In this document: positions 26,564 through 39,565 of the stretch, one piece after another
Layout: each line of letters opens with the position of its first letter
How positions within the stretch are numbered: the stretch's first letter is position 1
Origin: Paraspadella gotoi
Taxonomy: Eukaryota; Animalia; Chaetognatha
Length of the DNA: 64,000 bases
Direction of reading: 5' to 3'
Assembly (NCBI GenBank): GCA_051294375.1
Contig: CM119263.1
Coordinates: 14,028,414 to 14,092,413, forward strand
Position numbers and translations under genes: made by a program
The notes under the pieces: model-generated
The model's database searches: none
What the model was told of the DNA's origin: nothing
Seen by the model: only the letters and a program-made list of their open reading frames with translations

Positions 26564-27886
26564 TATCTTCCTTCCATCAAATAACGTCTTTTCAGAGAAA
26601 CCAAAAACTTGTCGAAGATTGAGACTATGAACCGCTAAAAACTATGAACAGAATTTCCGTTACGCGATCGGTCTCACTGCGCTGAATCGAGAGTTTCCTG
26701 TCAAATCCGGCTTATCACGGTTAAAACCTCGAGATTCGATATCTATATCTTAATGCCATCTAATGCAGTCTACATTGCCGTCCTATGCCACTACGCGGAG
26801 ATTAAGGAGGGGGAAATACATCATTCTGACCCAAGTTTTGGAGATGCCTATCAAGATTTTGATCACCGTTTTTTTTTGTCTTCTCATGATTGGAGTCCAG
26901 TAAGCAAAGCTGAGAAAAGAGACCCGGAATCCCCGTAAATGGGTTCTTTGTCCACCGAGGGATCTTATTTCGGGGATTTTCGGGGGATTTCTCTTTCATC
27001 TTGAGGCCGGGCGAGGATTGCTTAAGAAAACGGAAAGTTGTTATTAACAAAACCGCATTACAATTTCTTAAAATAATTATTGATAAATAAAATTTATTTG
27101 AAAAATATTTGCAGCTTTTCCAGGTGCGATGGAACCTTTCATCAATAAATATTAAAGAACAAACCCCGTTACTTAAATTTATGCCGCTAAAGACTCGAAA
27201 ATAATCGAGAAAAGAACCTCGCCCAGTCAGGAAAGAGTTCCGCCCTTCTTCGCCTCTCCCCCCCCCCTTCCACAATAAAGATTCCGTCTTTTTCGTTTTC
27301 AATGACGACGAATGAATGGAAATTCATTCCCGTCGAAATGATTGACGCCTTCTCATTGTGAAGGGCAGAAGAAAAGATTGTGGAAAACGGGATCGGGACG
27401 GAAAGTTGGACAGGGGCCCGTCGGGGGAAAAGGTTGAGGAAAAATGGATCGAGATCGTTAACGATTTTGGCAAAACGTAAAGTTTCCCCGCGGCGGCGGC
27501 CATTTTTCTCGCTTTCTTACCTTTTTTTTTGACAGTTTCTTTCGAATTTGTTTTTATCGCTTGGTTTGAGCGAGACACACAAAAAAAGCCAGGAATCTGG
27601 GAATTTCTTTGATAGAAAATACTTTTGAGCCGGAGGGGAGAAAATTATTCCATAATGGAAAGAACCATTTTGCCTTTCTAGGACCTTGTGGTGTAAACTC
27701 TAACGGCAGTCTTCCAAATCCAACTTAAGTTCACAAGAGAAAGCCTGACCAACAGCCGAAAGAGGCTTAAAAAACGTGAATATGCAAGACTGGGCAATTT
27801 AAGCGATCCTGTTGCTTGACAGTGAAACCTGAAATTGAAGCCTCTAAATAACCCGACCCTCCGATCGCGCGCAACCCATATTCACT

Positions 27887-30800
27887 TCACGGAAGCGCGT
27901 GACGGGCGTGAGACTCGAGCACGTCCCGTGACTCTGAATGCCCGCGCAGATTTCCCGTACGTTTTTGGAAGGCGACGTTTCTTTCTCTCTTCCTCCGGCT
28001 GCGTGTTCGAGTCTCCAGCGGGTCGTCCTCCGGACACCAGCAGCAGCACCTGAGGAGGGAGGAGTTTTTCATGGGTAAGGCAGAGACATCTACTTTCTAC
28101 AGGGAGTTTGAACTGTCAATGGGTTTCGAGAATATTGCCTTCTTTAGATATGCATCACCTTTTTAAAGCCCTGAACGGTCGTGCAAGTATGTTACGAAAC
28201 GCGGTTCTGAACAGCTTCGACGACGCTGCGTAAATGACGGGATTCATTGAGGAATTGACGTAACCGAACCACGTGAAGATCGTCAGCGTCATTTCCGCCT
28301 GTGTCACGCAGGTCGGGCAAAATCCTAGCGAAGGATCAAATTCCAAATTAACAAGAACACTTTTTTTCATAGTACAGAATAAAACCTTGTAAAATCGCAA
28401 AGGAACTAGCAGAATTGTATCTTATATTAAAAAAAAATATATCGTGGGAATAAGATTAAAAAATCTGTCCAACAAAAAAAAAAAGAAAATTAGTTAAAAA
28501 CCACCTGCAAATCAACTAAACGATTATTCAAGAAAATAAATAATTAAGCGTTTTAACAAAACCGTCAAAAAACTAAAATTTACAATGCGCTTAGGCAGCT
28601 TTTTTCCAATACTCAATCACCGTAAAGGACGTTCGTGACGAAGAAAGGCAACCAACAAAGAACGAAGACGCCGACGACGATTCCCAGAGTTTTGGCGGCT
28701 TTTTGTTCTTCCGCAAATTGGGTCAACTTTTTGGAGAGCGGGAGATGGCGCAGATGATTCGCCACCTGGGAATTTTTTTCTTTTTTAAATTGTTTGAGAA
28801 AAAATGAAAATAATGGACAGGAGAGATATTTTACATTATCAATTATTCTCCAAATTACAAAGTTTGCCTATCTAAAAGCTGTATACAAAAGTGAAAACAT
28901 TTATTTCTTGTTCTCTCGTAATTTCACCCGGTGCCCCCCCCCCCAGCGACGAAACACGGCGAATCCTCTTTTTAAGGATCCTGGGGGAGGTGAGGAATTG
29001 GGGGAATGCGTCTCCATCCACAAAATCATTTCATATCTTTCTCCCACGATCCCCGCCAACCCGCTTCTCCAATCCCCCAATGTATCATCCTTCGATATCC
29101 ACTCTCGACTTAAAACCCCTGTTGGGGGTGGTTTTATGAAGAATCACCCCCCGCCTTCAATCAACTTCCAACGATTTGCTTTCTCATCCTAATAAAAACA
29201 AACTTTTTCCACCGACCTCAGATTGCCGATGGGCAGCTTCTCATTTCGGATTTTCACGTTTCAGCATTTCGATCAGATAAAAAGATTCTCAAGATTCTAA
29301 CATTCGGAACTACAAAGCAGATGTACTTCAATGTCCTTGACATTTCCCGCGGTCTTTGCTCTTCGCTACCCCCTGCACCGCTTACCCTCGGACATGACAA
29401 AAAATGCGGAAACAGAGTAAAAAAAAAATTATAAAATTTTATCTTCAGATTTTCATCCGCTTGCAGCGGAAACGGAACTCTCGGATAAATGTGAAATCAT
29501 CGTTCCAACTGACGAATGCCATTTGCTTTTATAACCTAATAATCGAAATGATCATAATTCATCCGCTCCATTCGGTATAGCTTCAATTTCTCTTTTTTAT
29601 TTTAGAAACGTGATAAAGAGAAAATTTAAAGTAAAATACACAAACAATGAGATAAATAAGAAACGCCTAAAAACCCGTTTCAAATTAATGTTAAAAATAG
29701 AACTGAAAGAGAGAGAGATGTAATGCATGAACCGAAGAATGTCTCGAGTCGGTGAATTGCATTCAAACCCGAATTCCATTTTTTTTATTGCGCCGAATTC
29801 GTTTCGAATTTGAATTTCGAAGGTCGACTTTGTTTTCTAATTCCTTTTCCGTCTTTTCCCACCGCGCCGCTTACGTGAACAGAGACAAAAGGCTACGTTG
29901 GTCATACGTAAACAAAAGACACTCCAAGGGGGGAAACAATAATGGAAGGGAAGCGAGGGGGAGCGGAGAGTAGGGAAGAACTTGGAGCGGCCTTTCATTG
30001 GTACGGATTCCCCGCAGGGCAGGGTTTTGGAGAGCGAAGGGCCATACTATTGCCCATAGGGGTGTAAAAGGCGGAGGGAATGAGGATGGGAAGAGGAGGG
30101 GGGGGCGGGGGGAGAATCCCGATCCGGGTTCAATCGACGGCCGCCATGGAACGACACGGGCAGTGAAAAGGCAAAGAGAACAAAGGGGAAAGAACGAGAT
30201 CGTTTTTTCCAGCACGACTTTTCTAAATTCATTTGTTATATGACGGACGGATAACAGCGGCTCACCTTGTTTTTTAAAAAGACCCCTGGTTTTTGAGTTT
30301 ACGTTGATTTCTTCGTGAAAATGATTGGTATCTTCGACGAAACGAGTTGACCTTTCTTGTTGCGCTATCTAGAAAGAGTTAAAGTCGTGAACGAGCGATA
30401 GCGAGAGAGAGAGACAGCATTTATCTACCCGAGACATGGCGTGTGCGGCGGCGGGAAGCTTCTGTCCGCCTCCCTTGTGAATACGCATTTCGAGCGGCGG
30501 AAGCGGCGAGGCGGACGCGCCGATTCGACCGGCGGCGAGTACGCGAACGCCGGCTTTTAGACTCTGAACTTGACGCCTGGAATATTCATTATGGTTCATT
30601 ATGAAAATGATAAATATATCTAGTCACTTAATGTCATTACCGAGCGGCAGTGTAGATTTTGTAATAAACGAGAAGCATGATGAACAACGGGATGTAAAAT
30701 GAAACCAACGAGGAAAGCACCTATAAGTATATTTCCTCTCTTAAGCCGGTCAGAACTTTTGCTAGCGTAACCAGCCACTGTCTATTTAGTCGGTAAAAAG

Positions 30801-32822
30801 TTGAAAACAAGACATCTGTAACATAAAAATAAGTTTAGAGTATCTTCAAGAAATAACAAAGATGAAATGAAATTTCAGATTTCAGTATTTTTAAGTTTTG
30901 TCGTTTAAAATTAGCACAAGCTATAAAAATGATGGTATTACGATGAATGATGATCATGTTAATTTCACAATTTTTAAACTTTTTTCTTCCATTTCACTTT
31001 TAAAATATTGAAAAACAAATTATACTTTCTGTAAAAAAAATTTTTATGGACTATGCCATTTGTTTTTATAAAGAAATTTATTAAAATATTTTTTTTAATT
31101 AATAATTATAATTAATAAATATAAATATCAAAGTTAGAATTAAGTTTAATTTTGTTTTGTTACTAACAACGAATTTGTTTTTATTTTCAAGGAGAAAAAA
31201 CGTACGTTTGTAAACAAAACAAAATTTCACTTAATTATAATTTCAAACGCAAAGAAATTAAAAATATCAAAGTTTTAATATGTATCACAAATTAGAAAAA
31301 CTTTTGATAAATTCTGGCCCTCCCTATCGCCTATCACACGCATTCACAGAACATCTCGGACTCGCCTGTATCCCAAGTCGTCAGTGAACACGCACTCTGG
31401 ACTAGCTGCTTCTCCGGCATCAACGTGGCGCCACCAGGCGATCGCAGGAAAGGCGATCGCTCCTGAAGTAAGCCAAACAATGGCGACGATGACGCCGCAT
31501 TTTTTCGGCGTCATACGCGCCGGGTAGAGAATCGGATCTGGACGAAAACTTTATTGAGTCGTCGATATTCGAGTGGTTTCCGCGGTATCGTCGTGATTTA
31601 CCTGTGATGGCGATGTAGCGATCTAACGAGATGGCGCAAAGGTTCCAAATCGAAGCGGTGCTGCCTAAAACGTCCAGGGAGTGGAAAAGGTCACAAACGT
31701 CTCGTCCAAATGGCCAATAATTGTTACAAACCTGACCAAAAGAATAGGGTATTGAACACGGCGCTATTTAAATAGCGAAACAAGTTCTTCATAAGATCAG
31801 AAAAATCGAATGTACGGTTTGGCGGGACCCTCTGACCTCACCTCCAAAACAGTGGCAAGAGGCATCACGAAAAGACCGACCACTAAGTCCGCCACTGCTA
31901 GGGAAACGATTAAGTAGTTCGTCACAGAACTGCAAGAAATGAATGCTTCTAAAGTAATATAAGAACTACTAGTATTTGCGATAATGGGTTCCCCTTTTTC
32001 CAGTTTGCTGCAACTTACCGAAGTCTTTCCTCCTTACGAACCGCGACGATGACAAGAACGTTACCGCCGACCGTCACGATTGACGTCAGCGTCAAAAACG
32101 AAAATAAAAACAAATGGTGTGAGCAAAAACCTGACGGCCAGGGCGTTTCTGGAGGGTAAATTGGCAATGCGGCAATGGGAAAAGCTACATACCCGTTTAT
32201 CGTTCATATTTTAAAAATAACTCACCTTTTTTATTGCCAATGTTAATTGCAGCAAGATTACACGAAACGTTCAACCAATAGACAATCCACGTCACGTTTT
32301 GTCGTTCTGTGCATTTTTAAAAAGGTATATGCAAATTTTCATAGATAATTTGAGAGCCCTCCACTCCCTAATCTCATAGCTTTTACCCCACCTCCAACTC
32401 TCTCCGTTACCTGGCAGCTTTCTACTACTACTATACTATTAACATTTACGTCAAAAGTTAATGATACTCGAGCCTTTTTAAAGTCAGGAGACAAGATAGC
32501 TTATGTATTTATACATTAAAGTTTTTTTAAATTTTTGCAATCAAAATGGGAAATAAAGGAAAGAAAATGAGAAAGGGTTGTACAAACATCGATATGTATA
32601 ATTTTACATTGTTCAAATACTAATGAGCTGGCGTCAAAACTGATAAGAGTTCAATACAAAACCTGCAATCGATTCGACGTCATGATCGTCGCAAGTAAGG
32701 TTGGTAAGGTTCCGCCAAAATTCAAGGAAATATTGATTTACGTCACTTTGGTCATCGTCGGTTCCGTCGTAGTGAAAATAAGCTTCATAATCCAGGGTAG
32801 ATCGATCGATTTCCGCGTCCAT
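27887..32822 (-). CDS. Aminergic class A GPCR, invertebrate-type dopamine receptor (Dop1R2/DAMB/INDR-like); at least 10 exons
   Basis: Exons read by eye: 32822-32663 (MDAEIDR...); 32148-32019 (TM1 [10 protein letters not shown]); 31929-31842 (TM2 [20 protein letters not shown]); ~31731-31602 (TM3 [27 protein letters not shown], with the amine-binding Asp); ~31537-31365 ([17 protein letters not shown]); ~30720-30641 ([13 protein letters not shown]); ~30576-30429 (LEMRIHKGG); ~30368-30266; 28765-28621 ([21 protein letters not shown]); ~28324-28159 ([21 protein letters not shown]); 28049-27887 (CCCWC tail). The AWWR, RIHxGG and GFC motifs are characteristic of Dop1R2/AmDop2. ICL3 exons at 28.8-29.4 kb are unresolved. 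Confidence 0.9.
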
Positions 32823-34514
32823 GGTGAAAAAAAAAAAAGATTCAGGACGGCACTTTTTCTCAACAATATTTGTTGCGAAAGGCGCGCGTGACAATTGGAG
32901 AAAAAAATGATCCGAGACAAGAGAACGCTTATTATTATTAAGCAAGACGAGAAGCGCCATTCAAAATTTTATAGTAGGAACTAGATATTTAAGAACATGT
33001 ACAATTGTACATAGTATCAAAATATAATTTGTACCAGTATAAAAATTTATATTGTTACAATACTATAATAAAAGTATAGCTACAAAATAGAAGTGTAGAT
33101 GCCTTTTGTTTTTTAAAAGGACTTATGGCTGAAATGCGCATACTACCGCCACGCAGAGCAGCAAAGAGTGAAACTTTGGATGTAAAAACGCACGATTCCA
33201 ATAGTGTTGCGTCTGATGAGTTCGCGTTTTTTTTCTCTTAGGAAATGATTAACTTTTTTATATCAAACATGTCAGTTAAAATTGACTCCTCTGCTCTGGA
33301 AAAATTTTCAACCTTGAGTTTGCTATAGAAACTATTTAAACTTTATAAACGGGATTACTATATTTTCCCGTTTAAGAAAAGATTTAATTATCTGGGATCT
33401 GATAGCCCTCTATCTGAAGGCCTCGCATTTTTTAAAAAATCATATTCAATCATTTTTTTGATAAGAAACGATCAGGGTAAAGTGAACTATTTGGGATTGT
33501 TGTTGTCGCCGCAACTACTCAATTTCGGGGAAATTTTTATTTACACTGAAAGTAAAAGAGAAACTTGCTCGATCAGAATTCTAAGAGTTTTTATCCGAGA
33601 GTCAGATTTCGCAAAAATCTTGAGTGAAGAAAACATTCCATTGGAAAGGATGGATATATAAAAAAAACCTCTGCATTTTCAAGGCAAAATTCAGTCCTAC
33701 GTAATGAGCAACAACACATTTTATGGGGTAAAATGTATTTAAGTATTCAATGATGAAGATTAAAGACTGAGTAGCAAAGCTGAGTAACATAGGTGTAACG
33801 GAATAACTGGTAACCAGTCAAACATGATTATCGTAAAATTCAAAATTTTATAAACGTGAACAAAACCAAACAATACGTACATTCCGCATTTCGTAAACCT
33901 TGAGGATAACCGCGAAGTAATAATTCCCATCATATTTAACGCGGCATTATGTAATATGTTAATTTTTTAAAAATAATCAGAAAAAAATTGAAAAAATTAA
34001 ATAAAATTAACTAAAGAACAATATATATATATATGTATAAAACGTCCCATTACATGAGCTATAAATGGGTAACAACCAAAAATGACGTAAAAAAGGAACT
34101 ACACTGCTAAACGCTACGACCCAAAAAGGCACGGAGTTGTTTGCTGATGAGCATGAGTTGATACAATAGCAATTAGAAGTAGTGTCGTCTACTGACATTT
34201 TGTCGAGGGTGAAAAAACTATCCAATCAATTATCAAGGAATACCGCAAAAATCGCATTTCGTCACCGATTTTAGAGCAGTAAATAATAGGCATCTACTCG
34301 TTGAAAACAAAACATTTGATTCATTGCTTTTTCTTCTTCGAGAGTCGTGGAAGACGTTTGAAGATCCCACCGGAGGAAAGGCCGTCGGGAGTGGCCGATC
34401 TTGATGTGTTGAAAATGCAAGCAAAAAAAACACGAAAAAATAAGTTTATTATTATTATTGTTATTATTACACGGATTAATTATTTACATAGAAAATTCAT
34501 TAAAAAAACCATAT

Positions 34515-34722
34515 ATTGATAGGGAAGCCAGGTACTCTGGGAATGAATAAAAGAGACTGTGAGAGAGTCTTGATTGAAAGCTTGCAAGGATCTGTTATGT
34601 CATTATTATTATCTTGTAAGAGTGATGGAGGCCTTAAACCTTTGGTGGTCTGTCCAAAATCAGGGGCATGATAGCTTATTTATTAAATGAATGGATAATT
34701 TTTATATTGGTTGTTCCAAGTT
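34515..34722 (-). mobile_element. Copy of a short dispersed repeat family; carries the empty site for the MITE at 53920
   Basis: The reverse complement matches 53838-53919 plus 54523-54632. The end motif ACAACCAATATAAAAATTATCCATTCATTTAATAAATA also occurs at ~62223-62260 and partially at ~4360-4383. Confidence 0.75.
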
Positions 34723-34895
34723 CAGATTTTTTTAACCAGTTCAAAGTAAAATTAGTTNNNNNNNNNNTTAGAAACCGAATCTCCGTCGGCGATCTTGTTA
34801 GAATTTCTCGACTGACTAGAAACCCTAAATTAAAAACAAACAGAAAAAGGCTACAGCGGCGAATTGCGGATACAAATTGGCTCGAACCCACGAAC

Positions 34896-37718
34896 TTACC
34901 CGGTCGCGGGGTCCGCGACTGGTGGGGCAGGAGGAAGATTGGATCGTTGGTCTTCGATCCGCGATGATTGGATGCGGGAGAGAAGGGAGAAAAATTCCTC
35001 GTCAGATCCGGCTGATCGGACGGCAGCTACAAAAGAAGGATATCTATGACGTCCACAAAAGTTTCCTAGACACAGCTATCACAAAGATATTTACCAATGG
35101 ATGTTCGCTGATCGTCGTACCGCGCCTTATTGGACCTTTCTATTACGCGCAAAACAGGCTCGGCGTTGGTCTGAAGTGAGTATCGCTTTTCCTAAAGGGT
35201 TATTTTTCCTTTACTCCCTTTTCCTCCACTCATAAGGACAAGACATACAGTAGACGAAGTCTACAATTAAAGAAAGTTTGAGTACCTTTAAATCCACCAG
35301 GTTATTGAGCAAAAGCTCATCTTCGACAGAGATAGTGCTGGTTCGAGGGTCGGATTCCATCGGCGGCGATCCTGCATGGAATCAGTATTTAGTAGGCGTT
35401 GCCCAGAAGGAATTATGAAGCTTCTACTCCGACTTCCTCACCCTTGCCACGGCCGACGAGTCCCGTGGAGGCGTTGAAGGTGCAACGTTGATCGTCGAGG
35501 CGATTGCCCTGTACTCTCGAGAGGTAATCGAAGAACTGATCCGTCGTCGTCGACGGACCCGAGATGCCTGACTTCGGCGTTAACCTGCCAGGAGATTGAA
35601 GGAATTAATTTTACCATGACTCCAACTCCCATTGTCAAAGACAAATCCTCAAATTCAAGTTTCGATATCCTACTTGCTGGTTTTCGGGGGAATTTCCGGA
35701 GTGGGCGTGGAATCGTCCATCTGCCTGAGCGCTTCAGCCGACTCATTCGACGGCCGTTGATGCCTTTGTCGGCTCAAATCCTGCAATGACTGGGTCGCGA
35801 TCTCAACGCCGTTTACATCGCCGAGTTCGCGGGAAATCTCCAAATGGCGCTGGACGAATGTTAATAACAAGATGACGGCGTTCAATATAGTTATTTACGT
35901 CGTAATAGTAATAGAAGATTAAAAATACCTGGGCGTACCCTCGAGCAATATCTAAAGACCCCAGAGAAGTTAGAGCGGTGCTAAGACACCAAAGGGCACG
36001 ACTCTCGCCGACCTGTTAAACAAAATTATCATAACAATATCTCGACGATAGAGGCCTAAGCAAAGTCAAATGAACCTTGTCTCTTAGATCCTGGGCGATT
36101 TTCAGATGGTTGGCGAGGTGTTCTACGGCGGCGTCATATCTCTTCATTAACATAAAGGTGTTGCCGAGGGAGAATGAGGCTTGCGCCTCCATTGCCGCGT
36201 CGGAAAGGCGGCGGGAAGCTTCGAGGCTTTTAGCGTAAGAGCCGATCGCGGCGTCGTAGTCCCCTGATTAAGAATAATTAAAAAAAGATAAAAAAGCGAT
36301 TCGATATTAATATGTAATATGTGTCCTTGTCCTACTGACCAATAAAAATATATGCGTTGCCCATATTGCTGAAGGCGCGACGCTCAGCTGCTTTGTCTCC
36401 CAGCTGTGCGGCAATCAGCTGCCGTTCTTTGTGACATTCGATGGCTTCCGAAAATTTACTGCCGAAAAAAAAAAATTCACAATAAAATTATTTTATTTTG
36501 CGAATTTCTTTCGGTTTCGTTGCGTTTGATTCAAATTGAGGAAAAAATTTTTGTTTGTCTTGGCAACGGCTTAGTTTTATTACAATAATAGTAAATATCG
36601 GACATGTTTCGACTCTCATGTTCCCGAGCCCTAATCAGCGCAAATTGTAAATAAAACTTTGCCGTTCCCAAAACAAACAAAATTTCTTTCCTTAACAAGA
36701 AAGGGTAAATTTCTACAATATCCATTACCTCAACAGATGATAAGTATTTCCAAGATTTCCATATGCTCTTCCTTGAGCGGCGACGTCTTCCAATTGTAAC
36801 ACTACCTAAATTAATAAAAGCGTGATTATTGATTAACCTACGACATAAAGAACTTCCGACGTAGATATCGCACCTGAAGGTTGGCCTGGTAGTACTTGGT
36901 GGCTAGAGTCAGCGCCTCTTTCACTTCAGTCGGAAAATCCCCTGCATCCCCCGAGTCTGCGGAAACTTCGTTCTTGCCAAGGTGTTTACCCTTTGCGTGA
37001 TAAACGTTTCCGAGGTTGTAGAAAGCACGACCCTCGCCTACGCGATCGCCCAGTTCCTTCGATAGGAAAAGATGACGCTCGCAGCACATGATCGCCTAAA
37101 ATGGAGAAAGGGCGAAATGAATGATTTAATTAAGTAATCGCAAGTAATGAGAAATATATTTATTGCGACATGTACCTCTTCAAATTTTCCTAAAACTTTG
37201 AGCGTGTTGCCCAAGTTCCCGCTTGCTTTAGCCTCTCCGATTTTGTCTCCGATCTCGCAGGCTATCTGAAGATCCAATTTGTGATATTCAAAGGCTTTGG
37301 CGTAGTCTTGCAGGTAGAAGTAGGCATTGCCCAATTGACTAAGAAACCAAAATGAGAGAATGAGAGAATCAGAATAACGATCACGGCAAAAAAGGTATTA
37401 TTAAACTCCAATTCACATGATTGGTAGCGACTTACCTGTAGATCGCAGACAAAGTTCTATAGTCAGTCTTTTCAGTGGCATCTTGAACTTTTATGGCGGA
37501 TTCCAAATATTGAACGCCAGCGACGCAATCTCCTTTCTTACAACGGCGTTCCCCCTCGAGTGCGAGTTCCATGAACGAAGCTTGCTACGAAGGTTTAAAG
37601 AATGAATAAGATTTAACTTTTTTCGAACGCCATAGTTTAGAAAAGGTTGACAACATTAACTAACCTTATCTCCCTCCGTATAATCGCCATCTTTAATGTG
37701 GCTGTTGTGATTTAGCAT
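34896..37718 (-). CDS. GPSM2: G-protein signalling modulator (LGN/AGS3/Pins): TPR repeats + 3 GoLoco motifs; many short introns
   Basis: N-terminal ASFMELALEGERRCKKGDC..TLSAIYSQLGNAYFYLQDY, GEAKASGNLGNTLK and GRAFYNLGNVYHAKGK. GoLoco motifs DQFFDYLSRVQGNRLDDQR, VLRVIERSNKARYDDQR and DEEFFSLLSRIQSSRIEDQR. The 3' end may continue into a further exon toward the N gap at 34758. Confidence 0.93.
36539..36692 (-). ncRNA. Degenerate type I minimal hammerhead ribozyme motif inside a ~48-bp-arm imperfect inverted repeat (Penelope-like/retrozyme remnant), in a GPSM intron
   Basis: Minus strand reads CG-CTGATTA-GGGCTC..GAGAGTC-GAAAC-AT-GTC-CG (core 36638-36601). The stem III region is palindromic (ACATGT). 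Arms are at 36692-36644 and 36586-36539. The core carries a G8->U change. Confidence 0.5.
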
Positions 37719-38397
37719 CGTGAAAATGGTAAGGCCGATGAGATTCTCTTTAGAAGCAAATAAAAAATCTTGGAAAACAAGTCATGTCGAAGACTAACAA
37801 TGCGAAAGGATCGCGTGAGAAGGCTGGATAGAAAAAGAGAAGTGCGTGATTGAATTTCACAATTGATTTTATTGCTTGTTCCATTTCATTTCTATCATTC
37901 TTTTTAAAGAGGCAGATCAGAGCAAATTTTATGCATGATTATCTAAAAATCCTACCTCAGTGACAGTCAAGGCACAGAAAATTTTTCGGTCGTCGTTTTC
38001 ATTTCCTTCTTTCTTAGTCATCTATATAAAGATTCATCTGAAACAGTCAAAGCCAGAGGCAACGTAATCAACTATTTGGTTAATGTACGTATAAATAATC
38101 AATTTTCTGGCGCCGATATAAACAGCGTCCGGACAACTGAGAAAATGTAACAACTACATCATTGGGAAATGAAAAAACTATATGGACAAACATACAAAAT
38201 AAATCATAGGTGCTCTTTCGCTTTCAACGCAAGTACCATAAACTTGAAAAGGCTAGAATTGCGGACTAAGCGAAAGGAAATTATTTCATAAGTTGAAAAG
38301 AATGGAGAATTAAATCAAACACTACTTTCTACTAAATCCTAGCTTTCGTGGTCGTATTTTAATTGTTATTTCAAATAGTTACAGCTACGAAAATGTG

Positions 38398-39550
38398 TCA
38401 TCCCATATTCTTTCTGTTTCCCCAACCACGCCGATGGTCGTCCTTCCAATCGTCCCATTCTATCTTCTTGCTTCTCTCCGCCTCGTCGTCGTTTTCCTCC
38501 TTTCTCTCATCCTCTTCTTTCTTCCTCTCTTCCTCTTCGTCCCGGCGAAGTGGATCGTTAGCCGCCATTGCTTCGTTCATCTGCGCTCGAGACTGTTCCG
38601 GGGTCGGAAGGAGACCTTGAGCTGCTTGTTGGTCGTACCACTCTAAGAGAGTAATTCGGGAAAAAATAAATAAATATTCATAGCATATTCAAAATTTTAG
38701 CAAACCAACCTTCCACAGTCATCGTAGGAACCGAGGGATAACCTAAACCGAAAACTTGCTTCTGAAAATCGTTTCTCGTAAGAATAAAAGGTTTTCCGGC
38801 GAAAGGGTTATTTTTGATTCGTCTTTCGGTTTCCGCTTTTCGGCTCTTCTCCTCTTCGTCGTCAGCGATCCCGGCAGAACGCCTTTCCATGAAGGCAAGA
38901 ATTTCACCCTCTTCTTTCAAGCTTTTAAGTTCGTCAACTGCTCTGTGAGCCCACTTTTCAACGACCTCGAGCCAATACCCGCGCTCGTCCTCTTCGTCCA
39001 GACGCTCCAGTTTCCGCCTCTCTTCAGTCGCTGCCAATCGTTGCTCTCGCTCTTTTTCTTCACGATACCGCCGAATTTTGCTTTCCCTATCCGCGTTCAT
39101 GGCACGAAGATCAGTGGCCTCTTGCCCGGCTCGCAGAACCGAGGCGGGCGCCTCGAACGCCCCATAGTCGGCAAGACGACGGAGAAAATCCTCGTAGTAT
39201 TCTCGAGCCATCTCGACGAGGGACTTGCGGCCAGCCGCTCCTCCTTCAAGCGGCTTCTTGTTGGTGAGCCACGCCAAATAAGCGGGAAGAAGCATAAACT
39301 TAAGAGAGGACGTCGGCAGCTCTTCGACACGTTCATTGGAAGAGAAAAGATCGAGTCGAGAGACGGCGAGGGTGGCCCACTCGAGGTCGCGGACGGCGAG
39401 CGAAACTCGATGTCGGAGATCCTCATCAGTCGAGGGAGCCTCGCTGGCTTCGATGGATAAAATAGCCGAGTGAGATTCGTCGAAGAAGCGACTCAGCTTG
39501 AAGCCGTCGTCGATACCAGAGTCGACGCCATTGGCAATCACGGCCTCCAT
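38398..39550 (-). CDS. IGBP1: Immunoglobulin-binding protein 1 / alpha4 / Tap42 (PP2A regulator); 2 exons
   Basis: LDLFSSNERVEELPTSSLKFMLLP, KPFILTRNDFQKQVFGLGYPSVPTMTV, and C-terminal WDDWKDDHRRGWGNRKNMG. Confidence 0.95.
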
Positions 39551-39559
39551 CGCGCTTGA

Positions 39560-39565
39560 CTGAAA
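39560..39565 (-). promoter_or_regulatory. TTTCAG acceptor directly after the ATG101 stop and 9 nt before the IGBP1 ATG (candidate trans-splice site)
   Basis: Minus strand reads ...GCGCTT TGA TTTCAG TCAAGCGCG ATG GAG. Confidence 0.6.

Noticed and set aside
33170-33275. CTGATGAG with nearby GAAAC / AAACATGTC, suggesting a hammerhead ribozyme on the + strand
   Set aside because: Stem III and stem I do not pair in register in either topology, and the downstream motif lacks the G of GAAA.
38756-39460. 234-aa plus-strand ORF, and similar ORFs at 57452-58249, 50351-50815 and 41569-42018
   Set aside because: Antisense shadows of clearly identified minus-strand genes.
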